This document shows, piece after piece, positions 1 through 8,846 of a DNA stretch of 64,000 nucleotides. The DNA is from an uncultured Gemmataceae bacterium. Its GTDB lineage: Bacteria; Planctomycetota; Planctomycetia; Gemmatales; Gemmataceae. Location of the stretch: assembly GCA_963750165.1 (NCBI GenBank), contig CAVVPN010000001.1, forward strand, positions 96,001-160,000. The letters are read 5' to 3'. Numbering within the stretch: position 1 is the stretch's first letter; each line of letters starts with the position of its first letter. The notes beneath the pieces were generated by a model that was not told the origin of the DNA, did no database searches, and saw nothing but the letters and a program-made list of their open reading frames with translations. The translations under genes were made by a program, and so were the position numbers.

Positions 1-1
1 T

Positions 2-1663
2 CAGGCCGTGGTCCGGGCCGCCCCACACCACGCTGATGAGCGTCTTGCCGCCGTCGCGGAACGCCAGCGCCCAGCGCTCCCTGAGTGAGTACGCAGGGGC
101 CGGAACTGGGCGAAAGCCAGTGATGCGGCGTTCCTTGCCGGTCGCGAGGTCCCAGAGGCTGAGGCTGCGAGCGACGGGTTCGCTGCCCTTGAGGTAAGAG
201 CGGGTGCGGATCGCCAGGGTGGCGAACGTGTTGCCGTCCGGGGCGAACGCCACCGCGACAACCTGGCCCTTCTTCACGAGCATGCTCGCGGGGATGAACT
301 TCCGGACTTTCCTGGCCGGCAACATTTCCCACAAGGTACAGGTCAGGTCCCACCGGGGGGCGTTCACGGTGATCAGGTGCTTGCCGTCGGGCGACAGGGC
401 GGCCGGCGTCAGCCCCTGGGGGGCGTCCTGCTGAGGCTTCTCCTTGCCCGAAACCAGGTCGAGGAACCGCAGGCGCTCCCGCGCGCTGCCGTAGACCATC
501 GACTTGCCGTCCGCGGACACAACCAGGCCGCTGCCCGGGGGCACATACCCGACCCGGTCCCAGCGGTGCGTTTCCGTGCCGGCTGCCAGGTCCCAGGCGC
601 GGAGGGTGTGGTCGGCGGCGAAGGAGACCAGGGCCTTGCCGTCGGGCGTGAACCGCAGCCCGCCGACTGCGGCGTGGTGCCCCTGGCCGAGCACCTCCTT
701 GCCGGTGCGGCTCTCCCACAGGCGAACCGCGACCCCACAACCGACGGCGATGGTCTTGCCGTCGGCAGCGAATGCGAGCGCGTGCCCTGGGCAGGGAGCC
801 GACCACCGCAAGGCGGCTTTCTCCCCCGTCACGTCAAAGACGCGGAGCGTGTCAGTGCCGATCAGGGCCACGGTCCGGCCGTCAGCGGTGATGGCCAGGG
901 GACCGACCTGAACCGCGTCCGCGCGGAAGCGCCGCCGGGCCTTGCCCGCGGCCGCGTCCCACACGATCACTTCCCCGTCCCGTGACACGACGACCGTTTT
1001 CCCGTCGGGTGTGACGGCGGCGGCGCCCCGGTCGAGGCCGGCCAGTGTATGGCGAACCTTGCCGGTGGCGGCCGCGCAGACCTGCAGCGTGCTGGGCGAC
1101 GTGGCTTCCAGGGCGAACAACGTTTGGTCGTCCGCAGACAACCACAGCCCGTGTCCTCCCGCCACGTTCTCGAAGCGACGGACTTCCTTGCCGGTGGCGG
1201 CGTGAAACACGAGAACAGGGCCAAAGTCGGTGCCGACGAACACGGTGTCCCCGCTGGCGGAAAACGCGGCGGCCCCGATGGACTCCGGATCCGTGTGGCA
1301 AACGCAGCGCTCCTTGCCGCTGGCGAGCTCGACAACGACCAGGTGTGTCCAGTCCGCGCGCAGGGCCAGCCATTTGCCGTCCGGGGAGAGGGCGACGGGT
1401 GTGCCCTGGTCGTAGCGGCGCAGCGGCCGGCCGGTGCTCAGGTCCCAGAGGACGACATCGCCCGTCCCACCACCGGACACGAGCGTGCGTCCGCCGGCCG
1501 GAAAGCCGACGAAGGTCACGTTGTCCGTGTGGCGGAGGTCGAGCGTGCCCAGGCGGAGGCGGGCGCCGGGCGGCAGCGGTTGCTGGGCGGCGCAGCGACC
1601 GGCGTCGGCGGTCGCCAGGGCCAGCGCCAGCAGGCAGACGGCAGTTCGAGTTCGCGGTGTCAT
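2..1663 (-). CDS. WD40-repeat beta-propeller protein with signal peptide (3' end runs off the window)
   Basis: Absent from the ORF track because it has no stop in the window. ATG at 1663 follows AAGGAG and reads MTPRTRTAVCLLALALATADAGRCAAQQPLPPGARLRLGTLDLRHTDNVTFVGFPAGGRTLVSGG...VVLWDLSTG. Collinear with the neighbouring WD40 gene. Confidence 0.9.
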   Translation of the reverse strand, partial: MTPRTRTAVCLLALALATADAGRCAAQQPLPPGARLRLGTLDLRHTDNVTFVGFPAGGRTLVSGGGTGDVVLWDLSTGRPLRRYDQGTPVALSPDGKWLALRADWTHLVVVELASGKERCVCHTDPESIGAAAFSASGDTVFVGTDFGPVLVFHAATGKEVRRFENVAGGHGLWLSADDQTLFALEATSPSTLQVCAAATGKVRHTLAGLDRGAAAVTPDGKTVVVSRDGEVIVWDAAAGKARRRFRADAVQVGPLAITADGRTVALIGTDTLRVFDVTGEKAALRWSAPCPGHALAFAADGKTIAVGCGVAVRLWESRTGKEVLGQGHHAAVGGLRFTPDGKALVSFAADHTLRAWDLAAGTETHRWDRVGYVPPGSGLVVSADGKSMVYGSARERLRFLDLVSGKEKPQQDAPQGLTPAALSPDGKHLITVNAPRWDLTCTLWEMLPARKVRKFIPASMLVKKGQVVAVAFAPDGNTFATLAIRTRSYLKGSEPVARSLSLWDLATGKERRITGFRPVPAPAYSLRERWALAFRDGGKTLISVVWGGPDHGL

Positions 1664-1689
1664 GGGCCAGTCTCCTTGCCACCACTCGG

Positions 1690-3672
1690 TCAGCGCAGGC
1701 CGAGCACCTCCCACACCAGGATGGTGGTGTCGGCGCTGCCGGAGGCGAGCGTCCGGCCGTCCGGTGAGAACGCCAGGGCCGTGACGTAACTGCGGTGGCC
1801 GCGGAAGCGCTGCACCTCGCGGCCGGTGTCCGTCCGCCAAACATAGACGGCGCCACTGTCGTCGTGGTCGGTGCCGGCCACGAACCGGCCGTCCGGCGCG
1901 AACGCCAGAACGGACCCCACCGGCAACCGCAGCCGGCGTCGCTCCTTCAGGGTGGCGGTGTCCCAGCTCTGCACCAGGCCGTCCCGCACCACACTGACCA
2001 GCGCCTTGCCGCCGTCGCGAAACGCCAGTCCCCAGGTTTCCCGGGACAAGTAAGCCTCGGCCGGGGTCGGTCGAACGTCCGCGACGCGGCGTTCCTTGCC
2101 GGTCGCCATGTCCCAGAGACTGAGGCTGTGGGCGATGGGAATGCGGCCATACCGGCCGTAGAAGAAGTGGACCGCCAGAGACGCGAACAGCTTGCCGTCC
2201 GGCGAACAGGCGACCGCGACGATTTCAGCCCCTTCCGCGGGTACGGGCGCGTGCGTGAACTCGCGGACGTTCCGGACCTGGGACAACTCCCACCACGTAC
2301 ACGGACAGGTCCGATCCGCCTTGAACGGGTTCGCGGTGAGCAGGTGCTTGCCGTCGGCCGACAGGGCGGCCGGCACCGTCCCCTGCGGGGTATGCTCGCA
2401 GAGGCGTTCCTTGCCGGAGGTGACATCGAGGATGCGCAACCGGTCCGCATAGCAGCCGAACGCGACGGTCTTGCCGTCCGGGAACGCGACCAGCCTCACG
2501 GTGCTCGGGTCGCTCTCCTGCACGTCCCAGCGGCGCGTCTCCTTGCCGGCAGCCAGGTCCCAGGCGCGGACGGTGTGGTCGTCGGCGAAGGAGATCAGAT
2601 GCTTGCCGCCGGGCAGGAACCGCAAGGCACACACCCCGGCGCGGTGGCCGCCGTCGAGCCGTTCCTTGCCGGTGTGGCAGTCCCACAGCCGCACCGCGTG
2701 GCCCCAGCCGACGGCGAGCGTCCGGCCGTCCGGGGAAAACGCCAGCGCGTTCGCCGGACCTGGGACCGACCACCGCAGAGTCGCTTTCGTCGGGATCGAC
2801 CACCGCAAAGTCGTCTTCGTCTCCGCCAGGTCGTAGACGCGGAGGGCGTTGAAACCGATCAGGGCCAGCGTCCGGCCGTCGGGGGCAACGGCCAGGCCCG
2901 CAGCGTGCGCCGCGTCTCCCCGCAGCAGCTGCCGCACCTGGCCCGTGGCCGGGTCCCACACGGTCACCTCCTCGTCGCGGGCCACGACGGCCGTTTTCCC
3001 GTCGGGGGTGACGGCGGCGGCCTGAATCGGCCCCTTCAGCGACCGGCGTGGCTTGCCGGTGGCGGCGTCCCAGGTCTGCAGCGTGCTAGGTGAGGAGTCG
3101 CTCAGGGTGAAGCAGGTTTTGTCGTCCGCGGACAGCCAGAGGCCTTCCACCGACCCGGCGGCCCGCGGCTGGAAGCGGCGGACTTCCTTGCCCGTGTCCG
3201 TCTGGAACACGTGGACCTTGCGTTCCCAGGCGCCGACGAAGACCATGGCCCCGTCGGAGGAGAAGGCGGCGGCGCAGGTCCCTCCCGCGGTCGGGCCGCA
3301 CATGCAGCGCTCCTGGCCGCTGACGACCTCCACGACGCGCAGGTGAAAAGAGCCTTCGCGCAGGGCCAGCCACTTGCCGTCGGGCGACACGGCCAGCAGA
3401 CCGCCCCGGCCGTAGCGGCGGAGTTCTTTGCCGCTGTTCAGGTCCCAGAGGACGGCGTCGTCGCGCCCCTGACCGCACGACACCAGCGTCTTGCCGCCGG
3501 CCATAAAGCCGATGGACGTGACGGTGCTGTTCTGGCGGAGGTCCAGCGACCCCAGGCGCAGGCGGGCGCCGGGCGGCAGCGGCGGCTGGGCACACGCACG
3601 CCCCTTGTCTGCGCCAAACAGGGCCAGCGCCAGCAGGATCAAGACAACCCGGGTTCGCGCTCGCGGACTCAT
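1690..3672 (-). CDS. WD40-repeat protein with signal peptide
   Basis: 660 aa; repeated 'LAFSPDGRTLA..S.D.T..VW' WD40 motifs; 'PLPPGARLRLG' start typical of planctomycete WD40 proteins. Confidence 0.92.
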   Translation of the reverse strand: MSPRARTRVVLILLALALFGADKGRACAQPPLPPGARLRLGSLDLRQNSTVTSIGFMAGGKTLVSCGQGRDDAVLWDLNSGKELRRYGRGGLLAVSPDGKWLALREGSFHLRVVEVVSGQERCMCGPTAGGTCAAAFSSDGAMVFVGAWERKVHVFQTDTGKEVRRFQPRAAGSVEGLWLSADDKTCFTLSDSSPSTLQTWDAATGKPRRSLKGPIQAAAVTPDGKTAVVARDEEVTVWDPATGQVRQLLRGDAAHAAGLAVAPDGRTLALIGFNALRVYDLAETKTTLRWSIPTKATLRWSVPGPANALAFSPDGRTLAVGWGHAVRLWDCHTGKERLDGGHRAGVCALRFLPGGKHLISFADDHTVRAWDLAAGKETRRWDVQESDPSTVRLVAFPDGKTVAFGCYADRLRILDVTSGKERLCEHTPQGTVPAALSADGKHLLTANPFKADRTCPCTWWELSQVRNVREFTHAPVPAEGAEIVAVACSPDGKLFASLAVHFFYGRYGRIPIAHSLSLWDMATGKERRVADVRPTPAEAYLSRETWGLAFRDGGKALVSVVRDGLVQSWDTATLKERRRLRLPVGSVLAFAPDGRFVAGTDHDDSGAVYVWRTDTGREVQRFRGHRSYVTALAFSPDGRTLASGSADTTILVWEVLGLR

Positions 3673-3696
3673 GGACTCCTCCCCACGTCTGCATCA

Positions 3697-6600
3697 CTAC
3701 TTCCGCAACCGCGCCAGCTGCACCCGCGCCTCCTGCCGCACCAGCGCCGGTTGCTCCGCACCGGCCGCCGCCCGCAGCAGCGCCTCGACGCCCGGCGCCC
3801 GCGCCTCCGCCAACCCACGCAGCGCCCCCGCCCGCAGCCAGACGTTATCCGACGCCAGCAGCCGCGCCACCTCCTTGTCCCTGGCGTCCGCCGCGATGGC
3901 CGCCAGGCTGCGGGCCGCGACGTAGCCGACCGCCATGCCCGGCGGCCCGTACGTGCCCGGCGGATTGGTCGCCGTCGCGTACTGCGCCAGCTCCGGCACC
4001 GCCTCCTTCGCATGCAACCGGGCCAGCGCCTCGCAGCACGCCCAGAAGCCGACCGTGTCCTGCCCCTTGAGGTACACCGGCAGTTTGGCGAGCAGCGTCG
4101 GGATGGCGGTGCGGTCGTTGCGCTCCGCGAGCGCCGCGGCGGCCAGGTGGTGCGCGTACGGATACGGCGTGTCCAGGGCGCCGAGCAGTTTGGCGCGGGC
4201 GATCTTGTCGGGCTGCTTCGCCAGGGCCGCGAACGCCAGGCGCGTCTGCTCGACGCGGTCGGTCATCATGTACTTCGCGCCGGTCGCTTGCGCCATGTTC
4301 AGGTTGCGGAAGTGCGGCGGCGTCAGGCACTGGTTCAGGTAGCGCGTCAGCACCAGCGTGTCCTGCGGCATCTTCGGCAGCGTGGCGTCGAACTCCACGA
4401 ACTTCGTGTCGGCCCACTTCAGACCGCGCGGCGGGTACAGCGCCTCCAGCGGCTGCACCGGCGGCAACTTCACCTGCGGTACCGCCTTGTCATTCAGACG
4501 ATAGCCGTCCTGAATGTCCGCTATGGCGTAGCGGGCCTGCTGCCGGATGAGCGTGATGGGGTCGCGCGTCGCCATCTCCGCGAGCAGCGGCAGCGCGTCC
4601 GCGTTACCGCGCCGCGCCAGGCCGCGCACCAGGCCGTAGCGGATGTCGCGGTAGATCGTCTTCGGGTCGGCGAACTTTACCAGGGCGTGCTCGTCCGCGG
4701 CGTGCATGGCCAGGGTCTGCACCAGGTAAGCCTTGTCGCGGAAGCGCACGTCGGGCATGCCCTTGCCGATGCTGGTGATCTCCGGGAAGGCGTAGGGTTT
4801 GGCGACCTCCGCGGCGAGGACGGCGGCGGTCTCCTTGCCGAAGCCGATGCGGCCGAGCAGCACCGCGGCGTCGATGCGCTCGCGGTGGTTGGCGGACTTG
4901 AGGAACGGCCGCACCAGCGCTTCCAGCTTTTTCTCCTTGATCAGGTCCCGATCAATCGCGCTGTCGGGGTCGAGGAGGCAGCCGAGCAGCCAGAGCGCTT
5001 CCTCCGCGCCCAGTTGTTTGACCACGGGGAACGGCCGGCCGTGCTCGCTGAAGGGCCGCTCCAGGTTGACGCCCTTGAGCAGCTGCGCGTAGACCGGATC
5101 CTCAGGGGCGTGTTGGCCGCTCAGGGCGTCGGCGAGGAGTTCCACGGCCCGCCACGGTCGGCGGGTGTAGCCGATCAGGATGCGCGGCATCAGCACGCGC
5201 TGCGACTCGTCGCGCAGGCGGTCCTCGAAGCGCGGCTTCTCCATGAAGGTGTTCGGCAGCAGCGCGATCAGCAAATACAGGTCGCTCACGTCGAGTTGGG
5301 CTTCCGCGAGGATGAGCCCGCGCAGCAGCGCGTACTCCTCCGGCCGCGGGCCATGCTGCAGATACCGGCTGATGTGGACTTTCTTGTTCGGCACCTCGCT
5401 GCGCAGGGCGGCCAGCAGTTCGGCAACGGCCTCCTTCGTGCCGATGCGGCCCAGGGCGATGGCGGCCTCGGCGGCGTGGTACTCGTATTCGTGCTTCTTC
5501 AACCACGGCGCGAGCAACTTGACGGCTTCGGTGTCCTTGAGTTTGCCGGCGGCGCGCAAGGCGAGGACGTTCGGCAGCGGCTTTTCCAGTTCCTTGCGGA
5601 CGCCGGCGCGGAGTTGCGGCGTCGGCTTCTGGCGGGCGGCCTTCTCGAAGGGGTCCTGATCGTCGTAGCCGCCGGGCTGCTGTTTGCCGAGCCAGGCGCG
5701 GTCGCCAATCGTCTCCAGGGCCGCGGAGGCGTGGAAGCGCACCTGCCAGTCCTCGTCCGCATACGCTTTGCGCAGCGCCTCCTTTTCCGCGAAAGTGGCC
5801 AACCGCGTCAGGGCCAGGGCGGCGGCGCGGCGGACCTGGACGCTTTGGTCGGCGAGCAGTTTCGTCAAGCGCTTCAGGACGAACTCGGCGTTGTCTTCGT
5901 AGTGGTAGATGCACCGTTTCCCGCCCTGTTCATCGGCCACCATGGCGATGCTCACCACCCGCTTGCCCAGGTCCTCGGCGTACATCACCATCTCACAGCC
6001 GCGGGCACGCAACTCGGGGTCCTTGCTGTCGAGCCATTGCAGAAATTGCCCCACGTCGCCGAACCGCGCCTGCCGCCGGTACGACAGCGGGTCGTTGCGG
6101 CGGTACTGCAAATCCGTGGACTCGCGCGTCACCCGCACCGGCCCGAGCTTGAGCGCTAGCGGCGGCGTGTTGGGCACCGCGTCGGTCTGGCTGGCGTGGC
6201 AGCCATAGCACGAGCGCGTCTCGCCCGCGCGGCCGACCATGTACGCCATCTGCAGCGCCGGGTAGCGCGTGCCGACCGCCACCGACGTGTCCGGGTAATT
6301 CCACTCCATCAGCACGCGGTTGCCGCCCGCGTCGAGCGGGTCCAGGAACAGCGGCGTGTCCGCCGGCGCCTCGAAGTACGCGGAGCCGTCCGGCTGGATC
6401 GGCACCACGCCGAGGATGCGCGTCTCCAGGTTCGTGTGACTGCTCGTGGTCACACCCGTGTACTCCGCCTCGATGACGCGGAAGTAGCGCGCCCGCTTCA
6501 GGGCCCTGGCCCGCTCCGCGTTGTCGGCGACGTGGCCGGCGACGACCAGGAAGCGCGTCGTCGTCTTGTCCGCGGGGGCCGGCTGCGTCGGCAACACCTT

Positions 6601-7806
6601 GGGCCGCGCACGCTCGACCAGTACCGGCACCGCGTCAAACTCGGCGTAATTGGGGATGTTGTAGACGAGCCGTTCGCGGCGCGTGTTCGGGTCGCAGACG
6701 TAGATGGCGCTGTCGCGGGCGCCGGGGGCGGTGGCGGCGTAGAGGACACGGCCATCGGCGAGCGGGTGGGCGGTGCTGCGCGTGCCGGTCGGCGACAGGT
6801 GTGCGCGGTGCGTGGTGCCGCCGAGTTGGATCGATGTGGTGCCGGGGAAGATCGGCGCCAGCGCGTTGCGCACCGACAGGCCGGCGCGGAGGTCGAGCAG
6901 GGACGGCCCCATTTCGGACTGCACGAGAATGCGGCCGTCGGGCAGCTCGCGCGGCTGCGTCAGGCCGACGCCGCTGTGCCGTTCGCGGCCGAAGAAGCGG
7001 TACTGGCCGGCGCCGAACAGGTGCCGCTCCTCGGTGCCGTCGGGGCGGACGGTCATCAGATACGTCTCGTGCTTGTCATACGGCGGCACGTCGATGTGGA
7101 AGGCGTCCCAGAAGCTGAAGACGATGCGGCCGTCCTGCAGCACATACGGCTCGAAATAGGTGCCGGGCGCGAACGTGATCTGCGTGATGCCGGTGCCGTC
7201 GCCGTTCATGGTGAACAGCGTTTCGGTGCGCTCCTCGTGGTACTCCTCCAGGTAGCCGGTGCGGTCGGAGCAGAAGACGATGCGGCCGTCCGGCAGATAA
7301 ACGCCTGCGAAATCGTTGAAGGGACCGTCCGTCAGCTGGCGGAGGTTTTTACCGGTCACGTCGATCTCGTAAAGGTGGAACCAATCCTCACCGTCGCGGC
7401 GCATGGCGAACAACACTTTCTTGCCGTCGAAACTGGGCGCCGGCTTGAAGACGGAGCCGGTTTTGAGGTGCGTCAACCGTGTCAGCTTGCCGTCGGGGCG
7501 GGCGGGCACCAGGGCGTAGAGGTTGCGGCCGGGACGAACTGGGCCCATCGTGCGCTCGCCGCGGTGGTAGGTGGCGCTGCGGGCGTAGATGTAACTGTCG
7601 CGCCAGTGGTAACTGCCCTGGTAGACGCCCTCGCCGCCGTCGGTTTTTTCGTCGAAGATGGGGGCGCCGACGAAGACGATGCCGGGGATGTCGTTCGCGG
7701 CGGGCCGTGGGGCCTGCCGGGGCACGCCGGGTTCGGGGAGGGCGCCGCCGAGGACCAGCAGCGGCAGGGCGAGGGACACCACCAACAGCAGGGGTCGCGC
7801 GCGCAT
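3697..7806 (-). CDS. Exported multidomain protein: TolB-like propeller + hydrazine-synthase-alpha-like middle domain + CxxCH + HEAT repeats
   Basis: 1369 aa; signal peptide; 'PSFDGKKVLFAMR..HLYEI..NLRQLTDG..YLPDGRIVFCSDR'; 'ILGVVPIQPDGSAYFEAPADTPLFL'; 'GETRSCYGCH'; C-terminal HEAT-like 'VRRAAALAL' repeats. Confidence 0.8.
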   Translation of the reverse strand: MRARPLLLVVSLALPLLVLGGALPEPGVPRQAPRPAANDIPGIVFVGAPIFDEKTDGGEGVYQGSYHWRDSYIYARSATYHRGERTMGPVRPGRNLYALVPARPDGKLTRLTHLKTGSVFKPAPSFDGKKVLFAMRRDGEDWFHLYEIDVTGKNLRQLTDGPFNDFAGVYLPDGRIVFCSDRTGYLEEYHEERTETLFTMNGDGTGITQITFAPGTYFEPYVLQDGRIVFSFWDAFHIDVPPYDKHETYLMTVRPDGTEERHLFGAGQYRFFGRERHSGVGLTQPRELPDGRILVQSEMGPSLLDLRAGLSVRNALAPIFPGTTSIQLGGTTHRAHLSPTGTRSTAHPLADGRVLYAATAPGARDSAIYVCDPNTRRERLVYNIPNYAEFDAVPVLVERARPKVLPTQPAPADKTTTRFLVVAGHVADNAERARALKRARYFRVIEAEYTGVTTSSHTNLETRILGVVPIQPDGSAYFEAPADTPLFLDPLDAGGNRVLMEWNYPDTSVAVGTRYPALQMAYMVGRAGETRSCYGCHASQTDAVPNTPPLALKLGPVRVTRESTDLQYRRNDPLSYRRQARFGDVGQFLQWLDSKDPELRARGCEMVMYAEDLGKRVVSIAMVADEQGGKRCIYHYEDNAEFVLKRLTKLLADQSVQVRRAAALALTRLATFAEKEALRKAYADEDWQVRFHASAALETIGDRAWLGKQQPGGYDDQDPFEKAARQKPTPQLRAGVRKELEKPLPNVLALRAAGKLKDTEAVKLLAPWLKKHEYEYHAAEAAIALGRIGTKEAVAELLAALRSEVPNKKVHISRYLQHGPRPEEYALLRGLILAEAQLDVSDLYLLIALLPNTFMEKPRFEDRLRDESQRVLMPRILIGYTRRPWRAVELLADALSGQHAPEDPVYAQLLKGVNLERPFSEHGRPFPVVKQLGAEEALWLLGCLLDPDSAIDRDLIKEKKLEALVRPFLKSANHRERIDAAVLLGRIGFGKETAAVLAAEVAKPYAFPEITSIGKGMPDVRFRDKAYLVQTLAMHAADEHALVKFADPKTIYRDIRYGLVRGLARRGNADALPLLAEMATRDPITLIRQQARYAIADIQDGYRLNDKAVPQVKLPPVQPLEALYPPRGLKWADTKFVEFDATLPKMPQDTLVLTRYLNQCLTPPHFRNLNMAQATGAKYMMTDRVEQTRLAFAALAKQPDKIARAKLLGALDTPYPYAHHLAAAALAERNDRTAIPTLLAKLPVYLKGQDTVGFWACCEALARLHAKEAVPELAQYATATNPPGTYGPPGMAVGYVAARSLAAIAADARDKEVARLLASDNVWLRAGALRGLAEARAPGVEALLRAAAGAEQPALVRQEARVQLARLRK

Positions 7807-7828
7807 GGGAGGACTCGTCCGCGGGAGG

Positions 7829-8149
7829 TCAACGGGGGAGGTTTGGCAGGTCGCCCGGCCGTAGCTGTCTGGTTAAATCGCGGCTGGCGTGAATCACGGC
7901 CACGATGTAACAAGTTTCACCCCGCACTACGTAAATCACACGGTACGAGTATACCAGGAGTTCCCGAATCGTGTCCTCTTCAAACTCTGGGACGCGCCAA
8001 CCGCTGAGCGGCTGTTGCGCCAGACGGCCATCCACCTCCCAGAAGGAATTGGCTAGGCGTTCCGCGAACAGCGGAGAATCTTTAGCGACAAACTCCAGGA
8101 TGGTCTCAACATCCTTCAGGGCTGGGGCGTTCCAGATGACTTGCGCCAT
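7829..8149 (-). CDS. Type II toxin, RelE/ParE family
   Basis: 106 aa 'MAQVIWNAPALKDVETILEFVAKDSP...GWRVPEFEEDTIRELLVYSYRVIYVV...IVAVIHASRDL'. Confidence 0.9.
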   Translation of the reverse strand: MAQVIWNAPALKDVETILEFVAKDSPLFAERLANSFWEVDGRLAQQPLSGWRVPEFEEDTIRELLVYSYRVIYVVRGETCYIVAVIHASRDLTRQLRPGDLPNLPR

Positions 8150-8322
8150 GGTGCCAGCCTCCGTTCGAATTCTTCTCGGGAAACCACCTGGCCGGCGTCC
8201 ACCGCAGCGATGCCGCGTTGCACCTTCTCCCGGACATAAAGGTGATAATAGAGGTCATCCATGTTGCAGTCCTCCGGCAGTGACTGGATCAGTTTGATTA
8301 GCTCCTCTTTGAACTGGCTCAT
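8116..8322 (-). CDS. Putative antitoxin of the RelE/ParE toxin
   Basis: 68 aa, acidic, 'LIQSLPEDC..DDLYYHLYVREKVQRGIAAVDAGQVVSREE'; directly upstream of and overlapping the toxin. Confidence 0.85.
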   Translation of the reverse strand: MSQFKEELIKLIQSLPEDCNMDDLYYHLYVREKVQRGIAAVDAGQVVSREEFERRLAPWRKSSGTPQP

Positions 8323-8340
8323 GTCTTTCTCCTTGCCGGA

Positions 8341-8688
8341 TCACTGGAAAAACTGCTGGTACGCCTCCGCGCTGAACCCGACTAGCAGTGTTTTGCCGCG
8401 GCGCAGCGTCGGCGCCTTCAGGTTGCCCGTCGGCCCGAGCAGCAGCGCCGCCAGGGTGTCGTCGTCGGGCGGGTCGCTCATGTCGATGGTGACGACCTTC
8501 TTGCCCTTGCCCACCATGATTTTGTCCGCGGTCTTCGCCAGTGCCAGCGCCTCGGCACGGCCGCGCTTCTCCCTGGTTGCGTCGGTGCGGTCGGCGACCG
8601 TCACGGCATGCGTCTCAAGAAACTCTTGAGCTTTTTTGCAGCCCATTCAGGACTTGCGGTGGTACATCCAGTCGATCTTGCCGGACAT
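8341..8688 (-). CDS. ArsC/Spx-like thioredoxin-fold selenoprotein (Sec14, UxxC)
   Basis: AAGGAG then ATG at 8688; reads MSGKIDWMYHRKS-TGA(8647-8649)-MGCKKAQEFL...LLGPTGNLKAPTLRRGKTLLVGFS; 115 aa if UGA is read as Sec. Confidence 0.85.
8605..8643 (-). promoter_or_regulatory. Putative bacterial SECIS element
   Basis: 16 nt 3' of the in-frame UGA: perfect stem CTCAAGA/TCTTGAG with a GTT loop (8614-8630); possible lower stem GGCTGC/GCA-T-GCC. Confidence 0.6.
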
Positions 8689-8717
8689 GGGAACTCCTTT
8701 GGCTGAACGGAAGAAAA

Positions 8718-8836
8718 CTCACGCAAAGGTGCAAAGACGCAAAGAGTCGCAAAAGAATTGAAATAAAAATCACCACCATGCTCTTGTAATTGGGATTTTC
8801 TTTGGGACTCTTTGCGACTTTGCGCCTTTGCGTGAG
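8718..8836. repeat. Intergenic inverted repeat built of GCAAAG units
   Basis: CTCACGCAAAGGTGCAAAGACGCAAAGAGTC ... GACTCTTTGCGACTTTGCGCCTTTGCGTGAG around an AT-rich spacer. Confidence 0.85.
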
Positions 8837-8846
8837 CTTTCTTCAT

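Noticed and set aside
3211..6159. 982-aa + strand ORF, and similar long antisense ORFs (6196-8007, 21718-24453, 37558-39726, 44248-46482, 59558-62083)
   Set aside because: They are shadows of well-supported genes on the opposite strand; high-GC codon bias removes antisense stops, and the translations have no recognisable motifs.
3697..7806. Evidence for anammox metabolism
   Set aside because: Only an HzsA-like segment with one CxxCH is present, fused to HEAT repeats; no hzsB, hzsC or multiheme genes, and the GC content looks far higher than expected for anammox bacteria.
8601..8846. 81-aa ORF 'MKKAHAKAQSRKE...LCVFAPLRE'
   Set aside because: It is a translation of the inverted repeat at 8718-8836 and overlaps the better-supported selenoprotein start.
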